Origin: Candidatus Aenigmatarchaeota archaeon
GTDB taxonomy: Archaea > Aenigmatarchaeota > Aenigmatarchaeia > JACPZZ01
Reading direction: 5' to 3'
Assembly: GCA_016195275.1 (NCBI GenBank)
Contig: JACPZZ010000029.1
Coordinates: forward strand, 1-52,229
DNA: 52,229 nt
Shown: piece after piece, positions 46,223 to 52,229 of the stretch
How the letters are laid out: each line of letters opens with the position of its first letter
How positions within the stretch are numbered: position 1 is the stretch's first letter
Program-made: the position numbers and the translations under genes
Notes under the pieces: generated by a model
Seen by the model: only the letters and a program-made list of their open reading frames with translations
What the model was told of the DNA's origin: nothing
Database searches by the model: none

Positions 46223-49200
46223 ATGATTGAAAAGCTTTTGGAATTATCAGGCATCAACTCGCTCAACCCGGTGCAGAAGGAAAGTGTGGATGCGGGCGTT
46301 CTAAACGGCGAGAACCTTGTCGTCTCTGCGCCCACCGCGTCCGGCAAGACATTGATCGCCGAACTGGCCATGCTGCGCTGCGTTCTGGAAAAGAAGAAAA
46401 AAACCGTTTACATCGTGCCCTTGAGAGCTTTAGCTTCGGAAAAATACGAAACGTTCAAAGAAAAGTATGAAAAGGTCGGGATAAAAATCGCGATTTCGAT
46501 TGGCGATTACGATTCATCGGATTCATGGCTGGAAAAATACGACGTTATAATACTTACGTCTGAAAAATTCGATTCTTTGCTGCGGCGCGACATTTCCTGG
46601 ATAAGCTCAATTGGGTTGGTCGTCGCGGACGAAATCCATATCATCGGCGACCAGAACAGGGGCCCGACAATGGAAATTTTATTGACAAAATTAAAACGAT
46701 TAACAAAAGCGCAATTTATTGCGTTGTCGGCTACGATAAAAAACGCGCGCGAAATAGCCAATTGGTTAGACGCGAAGGTCGTTGAATCGGATTACCGGCC
46801 TGTTAAACTTTACGAAGGCGTTTATGCCGAAGGGAAAATCGGATTTTACGGAAAGGAAAGCGTTAATCTGGATGGAGATGAGCTGCCGGAAATAAAAATC
46901 GTTCACGATACTGCCAAAAAAAATAAACAATCTTTGGTTTTCATGGCGACACGAAAATCTGCCGAGGCGACTGCGGAACGGATTTCCGAATATATGAACG
47001 ATAAATTGTCCAGTACCGATACGGCGGAACTAAAAAAATTGTCCGAGGAAATCTTGAATGTACTGGAATATCCCACAAAACAATGCGAACGGCTTGCGAA
47101 ATGCGTTAAAGGAGGAATTGCGTTCCATCATGCGGGATTGGTTTCAAAGCAACGCAAGCTTATTGAAAACGGATTCAGAAACAATTTGATCAAGGCGATT
47201 GCTGCGACGCCGACTCTTTGTTTAGACGGAAATACAGAAATATGGAACTTCATGAAGCGTACCCGTATCGAAGATACTAGCAAAGGCATGTCATTAGCTT
47301 TAAAAGGGAACGATGTTGTTGAAGTCCCTGTCCAAGGTATCAACAATCTAAAATCTCCAAAAAGAATGATAAAAATTACTACAGTTTCTGGCAATAGTAT
47401 AACCGTAACGCCTAACCATGAAATGATGGTAAAAAAACAGGGAAAACAGGCATTGGTGCAAGCCGGTAATTGTAAAAAAGGGGGCAGAATAGCAACCGTG
47501 GGAAATATCCCCATCGTTCAGTTTAAAAACCCCAAATGGAGTGACTTTGTTATTGATCATACATTGCCGTTTCCCGACGAAGAATTGGATAAAAGAACGT
47601 TTTACATTATAGGTTTGATGTTGGGTGATGGATATTCGGGTGCAGAAACAAACAACGATCGTATAAAGTATAAAGGATCCCCTTCTATAGTCGGACGTGA
47701 TGCACTATTATTCAAAGAAGTAAAACGGCTTTGTAATAAGCGTAAAATCCATTACAGGGAAACGAAAAACGTATACGGCGTCCCACAACTTGTTTTATCC
47801 AAATCAAATTGGTTTAGGGAATTTTTAGTTAGATGTGGGATAGATGCAGGAAGCAAAAAATATATAAGCCTCAGGCTACTATCGGCTGACAGAAACCTGT
47901 TAAAATGGCTGGTCAAAGGCTTATTTGATACAGACGGATGGGTGGAAAAGAGAACCAAAAGAGTCTGCTTCTCCAATATATCTGTTAACCTGATAAAAGA
48001 TGTCAGAATGGCATTACTTAGGTACGGCATCGTTACACGTGCAAGAAATCGGGAAGGAAAAAAATTAAAGATGCACAGAAAGATTTATTATTCAAAGGAT
48101 TCCAAAGAGCTTTCTATCAACCATTCGGCTTCTATAAAGAATTTTTTCACAAAAATAGGATTTTTGTTAGAAAGAAAAAACAACAAACTGAAGGGCGTGT
48201 ATAACAGCCTTAACAAAGATCTTTTAAAAGTGGCATGTAAGAAATGCAAATATACAGTTCATGCTGATGTTTTCGGTGGTAGGACAAAAACCCAAAAAAT
48301 ATGGGGACGACAAAAAAGATCGATAGTTATGCTCCTAGGAAGGGAAGGATCCCTGACTTCCAGACATGTAAGAGCCCGGCTGAATTGTTCGCCGTTCAGA
48401 CGAGAAGGCAGATTAGACCATCATTTTGCATTTATTTCCAGAAATAAGGAAGGAAATACTAAAATATGGAAATTGAACAGACTGGGTTATTATGTTTATA
48501 GGAATATTTTATTGAAAAAAAGAGAAATAAAGAACTTCTTTAATAAGTTACATTTTTGCCCTTTTTGCAAGAAAATTCTTATAAAAACCCTCAGAAAAAG
48601 TTGGAGAGAAAACGATTTCTCCGGCGACATTTTCTGGGACATAATAAAATCCGTCACCACTACCAAACCCAGCGGTAAATTTGTATACGATGTGATCCTG
48701 CCTGAAGACGGTACTAATAGTCATCTTTTCGCGGCAAATGGTTTTTTAGTCCATAATTCTATGGGCATCAATCTGCCCGCTTACCGTGTGGTAATTCGCG
48801 ACGCAAAAAGGTTTTACGCGCTTACAGGTTGGTCGTATATACCTGTCCTCGATTACCAGCAGATGTGCGGAAGGGCCGGGCGGCCTCAATTTGACACGCA
48901 CGGAGAATCAATTTTAATTGCAAAATCACTCAACGAAGGTGAAGACCTTGCGGAACGCTACATAATGGGAGAAACGGAAGAGATTTATTCCAAGCTTGCA
49001 TCGGAACCTGTTTTGCGCGTTCAGATACTCGCGCTGATAGCAACCGAAACCTGTAATTCAATTCAGAGCGTATACGATTTCTTCTCCCGAACATTTTACG
49101 GTTTGCAATATGGCTCTTCATCCGAACTGGCTGAAAAAATTGATGCGATAATCGATTTTTTAAAAGGCCAGCGTTTTGTCGAACAACTTGATGATAAACT

Positions 49201-49915
49201 TCGCGCGACTGTGATAGGCAAAAGGGTTTCAGAGTTGTACATAGATCCGGACACGGCTGTAAAAATCATTGCCGGGTTAAAAAATTCCAAGGGCGCGCAG
49301 GTCGATAGCAGCGCTTTGATAGAATTGTTGACAACGGCTCTGGAAATGCGGCCTTATCTTAATGTCAGGCAAAGAGAATTCAACGACCTTTATGAAAAAA
49401 TCAGTTCCGCAGAACTGTTGCATGAAATGCCGGACGAGTGGGATTACGATTACGAGGAATCGCTTAAATCGTTTAAGACTGCGTTAATGGCTTGTGACTG
49501 GATGAATGAGGCTACGGAAGAACAAATTTTTGAGATTTACGGGCTAACACCCGGAGAATTGCACAATAAAATTTCTATACTGGACTGGCTTTTTTATTCG
49601 GCTCAGGAAATCGCAATTCTGCTGGGCGCAAAGGAAATAATCAAAGATTTGCGCAAGACGCGTGTCAGGATTGTTTACGGCATCAAGGAAGAATTGCTGC
49701 CTCTCGTGAAGTTGCGCGACATAGGGCGCTTCCGCGCAAGGAGGCTGTTCAATGCAGGATTTGTTTCCATTGAAAAATTAAGAGAAGCGCCGGAGATTAC
49801 TATAGCTACGTTATTGGGACCGAATGTTGCCAAATCCGTTAAACGACAGCTGTCCGGCAAAGAGGATGAAAAGAATTTTGAGGCAAAAGGTCTGATGGAG
49901 TTTACACAGGAGTAA
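46223..49915 (+). CDS. hel308: Hel308/Ski2-like DNA helicase containing an intein
   Basis: PTASGKT, DEIH, LSAT, AFHHAGL, ATPTL|intein|SMGINLPA, QMCGRAGRP, C-terminal HhH. Confidence 0.93.
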   Translation: MIEKLLELSGINSLNPVQKESVDAGVLNGENLVVSAPTASGKTLIAELAMLRCVLEKKKKTVYIVPLRALASEKYETFKEKYEKVGIKIAISIGDYDSSDSWLEKYDVIILTSEKFDSLLRRDISWISSIGLVVADEIHIIGDQNRGPTMEILLTKLKRLTKAQFIALSATIKNAREIANWLDAKVVESDYRPVKLYEGVYAEGKIGFYGKESVNLDGDELPEIKIVHDTAKKNKQSLVFMATRKSAEATAERISEYMNDKLSSTDTAELKKLSEEILNVLEYPTKQCERLAKCVKGGIAFHHAGLVSKQRKLIENGFRNNLIKAIAATPTLCLDGNTEIWNFMKRTRIEDTSKGMSLALKGNDVVEVPVQGINNLKSPKRMIKITTVSGNSITVTPNHEMMVKKQGKQALVQAGNCKKGGRIATVGNIPIVQFKNPKWSDFVIDHTLPFPDEELDKRTFYIIGLMLGDGYSGAETNNDRIKYKGSPSIVGRDALLFKEVKRLCNKRKIHYRETKNVYGVPQLVLSKSNWFREFLVRCGIDAGSKKYISLRLLSADRNLLKWLVKGLFDTDGWVEKRTKRVCFSNISVNLIKDVRMALLRYGIVTRARNREGKKLKMHRKIYYSKDSKELSINHSASIKNFFTKIGFLLERKNNKLKGVYNSLNKDLLKVACKKCKYTVHADVFGGRTKTQKIWGRQKRSIVMLLGREGSLTSRHVRARLNCSPFRREGRLDHHFAFISRNKEGNTKIWKLNRLGYYVYRNILLKKREIKNFFNKLHFCPFCKKILIKTLRKSWRENDFSGDIFWDIIKSVTTTKPSGKFVYDVILPEDGTNSHLFAANGFLVHNSMGINLPAYRVVIRDAKRFYALTGWSYIPVLDYQQMCGRAGRPQFDTHGESILIAKSLNEGEDLAERYIMGETEEIYSKLASEPVLRVQILALIATETCNSIQSVYDFFSRTFYGLQYGSSSELAEKIDAIIDFLKGQRFVEQLDDKLRATVIGKRVSELYIDPDTAVKIIAGLKNSKGAQVDSSALIELLTTALEMRPYLNVRQREFNDLYEKISSAELLHEMPDEWDYDYEESLKSFKTALMACDWMNEATEEQIFEIYGLTPGELHNKISILDWLFYSAQEIAILLGAKEIIKDLRKTRVRIVYGIKEELLPLVKLRDIGRFRARRLFNAGFVSIEKLREAPEITIATLLGPNVAKSVKRQLSGKEDEKNFEAKGLMEFTQE
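47219..48757 (+). mobile_element. Intein (513 aa) with LAGLIDADG endonuclease in Hel308 motif V
   Basis: Starts CLDGNT; VTPNH; IGLMLGDG and KGLFDTDG; ends VYDV...LVHN/S. Confidence 0.92.
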
Positions 49916-50527
49916 TAAATTACCCGGGGAACCTTCTTTTAAAATCCTACAGGTATCGATCTGCTTGCCGATTTCCTCCAGCCGGTCCGAACAGTGTTGG
50001 AGTCGGTCGAAGTTTACCCGGTAGATTTTCGCCGTGCTACCCATACCATATTTGGGAAATTCTTGCTTCGTGACCTCTCTTGGCTCCTGGAGTATCCCCA
50101 ATTCCTTCAAATATGCGAAATGCTCCCGGCTAACAAGGCGTTGATAGTAGTAATCGCCGTGTGGTTCTTTTGCTGCATTTCCATGCCATACAAACACCAG
50201 TCGCGCCTCACCATCGGCAACCCCAGAGGCAGCACCGCCAGCAAGACCGGCATCAAGGTCATAAGGGTTGCAGAGCTACTTCCTATATCCCCGTGGTCCA
50301 ACGGCGTGCCTCTCTTTGTACGCGGGATCCAGCCCCAGCCTGGACAAATACACGTCCCAATAAACCCTCTCGTCTCCGCTGAGGTTGGTGGGCGGTCCAT
50401 GCTTGACTACGGCTTCGCGCCATCTGGCAAACTCGCGCGGCGATTCGTCTTTCATCTCCTCGAACGCGACCTCAGCCGCAGCCTCAAGGAAGAACTTCTT
50501 TATGGAATTCACCATCCATCGCCGCAT
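49811..50527 (-). pseudogene. Hypothetical gene interrupted by a single in-frame TAG (50276-50278)
   Basis: ORFs 50276-50527 and 49811-50197 share a frame, with 26 stop-free codons between them. Confidence 0.4.
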
Positions 50528-50694
50528 ATATTTGTCCTGGCAGGCCTAAGTACGTAACGGTTTATCCGCTTCCTGTATATTGTAACTACTATACAATAGA
50601 AATCCTTATATACTACTACAGTATAATATCACTAACCCGTGGTAAAAGCTAACTGAAACACACACTGTGTGTTTCTAGCTCCGAAGGTGCTATT

Positions 50695-50892
50695 ATGGTC
50701 GTAATTAACAAGGAAGATATGGAAGATCTGGTTAAGCTGTATAGAGAGCAATTGGTTGATGCGAAAATAAGGCTGAACGCTGCACGCACGCTTAAGGAGA
50801 TCAAGTTCCTGCAAAGCAAGATTAACTTCCTGACATCGCAGATAGGCGAGATCAAGGGAAGCAAGATCAATACGCACAGAAAGGGGCGTTGA
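50695..50892 (+). CDS. Small basic helical hypothetical protein
   Basis: GAAGGTG RBS; 65 aa; first gene of a 3-gene unit. Confidence 0.55.
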   Translation: MVVINKEDMEDLVKLYREQLVDAKIRLNAARTLKEIKFLQSKINFLTSQIGEIKGSKINTHRKGR

Positions 50893-50902
50893 GGCGGTTT
50901 TT

Positions 50903-51229
50903 ATGAAGCAGTTAATGAATAGTTTAGGCATACCTTCGGTCTGGGGTGTGGTTTTTACAGACAAACTAGACATAATAGACGTCTATCCAAGGAATTTTGA
51001 TGCGATTGACATTAGGGCATTAGCCGAGATAAACGGCGTTCTCGATGAATGGATAAGATTAAGAAACATACGAGAAATCGTTGATGCTGACACAAAACTC
51101 TATGTAAGCAAATTCGGAAATATTGTCTTGTATGTAAGCGGGGATCCGGATGTGAATTTCTCGGATATCTGGGACATTGCATCCGGGCTCAAGAACAGAT
51201 ATGCTGAGAAAATTAAAAAGGGTGATTAG
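50903..51229 (+). CDS. Hypothetical protein, possibly Roadblock/LC7-like fold
   Basis: GAGG RBS; helix-beta2-helix-beta3-helix pattern ending DVNFSDIW. Confidence 0.5.
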   Translation: MKQLMNSLGIPSVWGVVFTDKLDIIDVYPRNFDAIDIRALAEINGVLDEWIRLRNIREIVDADTKLYVSKFGNIVLYVSGDPDVNFSDIWDIASGLKNRYAEKIKKGD

Positions 51230-52057
51230 ATGAGTCCGACATTTGAAAAAGGCAAAGATCCGTACCATCTTGATAACATATTTTACAATATTTACGAAAT
51301 AGACAGTTGCGGTTTAAGACCGCAGAGACGCTTGGTCGAGACTTTAATGTCGGATGTGCAGACAGGCTTTGACCATGAGGCTCCTTACCACAGTCCTTCT
51401 TTCTGGCTAAAAATGGACAAAGTGTCCAATCTGTTCACCGGTGTCACAATAGCGAAAATTTTCGATCCTTCATTTTACGCCGAATCCGCGCTGGTGCCCG
51501 GTGAATATCTGGGAGAAGACAATGAAAAGCTTCGGGTAATGAGAAAAGATTTACAAAAATTAATGAGAGCAGGAAGAAGTTTTACCCTAAGAATGCTTGC
51601 TGGCTATCCCGCAGGTTTGGATCAAAAAGAATTAACAGAAGAGGAAGCACGCAAAATAGCAGAAAGATTGAGATCAAGATACGGTATAAACTCAACCTCT
51701 GACAGCTGCATCGGATTTTTGACTGGTAAAAGCGCAGTAGAATCCGAAAATCTTGAAGAGACTACGCTCCAGCTTACTAAGTTTTGGGAAATAACTTATG
51801 ATTTCTGGAACAACGAAGGCAGGGAAGAAAGGACATTGTACCATGCGGCCAAGCTTGATTTGATGAACGCGATAACAGATGCGACAATAAGAAAAGCTGA
51901 ATCATTGGGGTTAGATCCGAATATGTTCACGCGCAATGATGAAATGCACGCAGACTATTGGAGACAGGTTTACAACGAAGACGTGCCTTTGCCCCATGTT
52001 CTTCTTGCGAGATCAAGAGAAGTTGTTGATATGGCTAGAGGAAAATATCAAAGGTGA
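51230..52057 (+). CDS. Hypothetical protein
   Basis: 275 aa, GGGTGA RBS, abuts the previous stop codon. Confidence 0.65.
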   Translation: MSPTFEKGKDPYHLDNIFYNIYEIDSCGLRPQRRLVETLMSDVQTGFDHEAPYHSPSFWLKMDKVSNLFTGVTIAKIFDPSFYAESALVPGEYLGEDNEKLRVMRKDLQKLMRAGRSFTLRMLAGYPAGLDQKELTEEEARKIAERLRSRYGINSTSDSCIGFLTGKSAVESENLEETTLQLTKFWEITYDFWNNEGREERTLYHAAKLDLMNAITDATIRKAESLGLDPNMFTRNDEMHADYWRQVYNEDVPLPHVLLARSREVVDMARGKYQR

Positions 52058-52090
52058 AGAATTTGGAATCGAACACTAGATATAGATATA

Positions 52091-52229
52091 TGACATCCTC
52101 CCGCGACTAAAGTCGCGGGTTTCCTTAGGCGAATGTCACGTTGTGATGTTCTACCTGACCCTCAACGTAACGGATCTGCGTATGCACGTCCGTTAGACCT
52201 GTCGTCACAGCGTAATATCCGCGGCTCCA
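52091..52229 (-). mobile_element. End of an IS200/IS605-family insertion sequence
   Basis: Minus strand reads GGAAACCCGCGAC-TTTA-GTCGCGGGAGGATGTCA (subterminal hairpin at 52100-52119) directly after the tnpA stop codon. Confidence 0.82.
52125..52229 (-). CDS. tnpA: IS200-family HUH (Y1) transposase TnpA, C-terminal fragment cut by the window edge
   Basis: WSRGYYAVTTGLTDVHTQIRYVEGQ...* contains W-S-x-G-Y and the catalytic Y-x3-Q helix. Confidence 0.82.
   Translation of the reverse strand, partial: WSRGYYAVTTGLTDVHTQIRYVEGQVEHHNVTFA

Noticed and set aside
52060-52124. TnpB omegaRNA/guide at the IS end
   Set aside because: The ORF abutting the hairpin is TnpA, not TnpB; no RuvC-type gene is visible in the window.

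Overview
Archaeal chromosome segment, probably DPANN-like (inferred from split RpoB and RpoA, an unlinked 5S rRNA and trimmed or divergent r-proteins). It carries the core information-processing clusters: 5S rRNA, tRNA-Asp and tRNA-Lys, then rpoH-B''-B'-A'-A''-rpl30e-nusA-rps12-rps7-EF2-EF1a, then tRNA-Ser, and the S10/spc operon from rpl3 to rpl18. Also present are a giant surface protein, cyclophilin, a DEAD-box helicase, DinB, LplA-N/C, ScpB, NFACT-R, Hel308 and the end of an IS200/IS605 tnpA element. Three LAGLIDADG inteins interrupt RpoA'', EF-2 and Hel308. The most unusual signal is non-coding. All three tRNAs have very long (166-212 nt) BHB introns. The Asp and Ser introns, the Asp-Lys spacer and a ~290-nt structured leader of rpl3 share one family of ~50-nt twin-hairpin modules (AAAC/GTTT stems, variable loops, mirror-image bulges). 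This looks like an undescribed REP-like or modular RNA element that accumulates in non-coding transcripts. Other unannotated items: a 27-aa CCHC zinc-knuckle microprotein right after tRNA-Ser, a stand-alone Tpt1/KptA-like ADP-ribosyltransferase domain inserted between rpl2 and rps19, a frameshifted SemiSWEET gene and a decayed HEPN-MNT pair. All calls come from reading the sequence by eye; no searches or folding programs were run.
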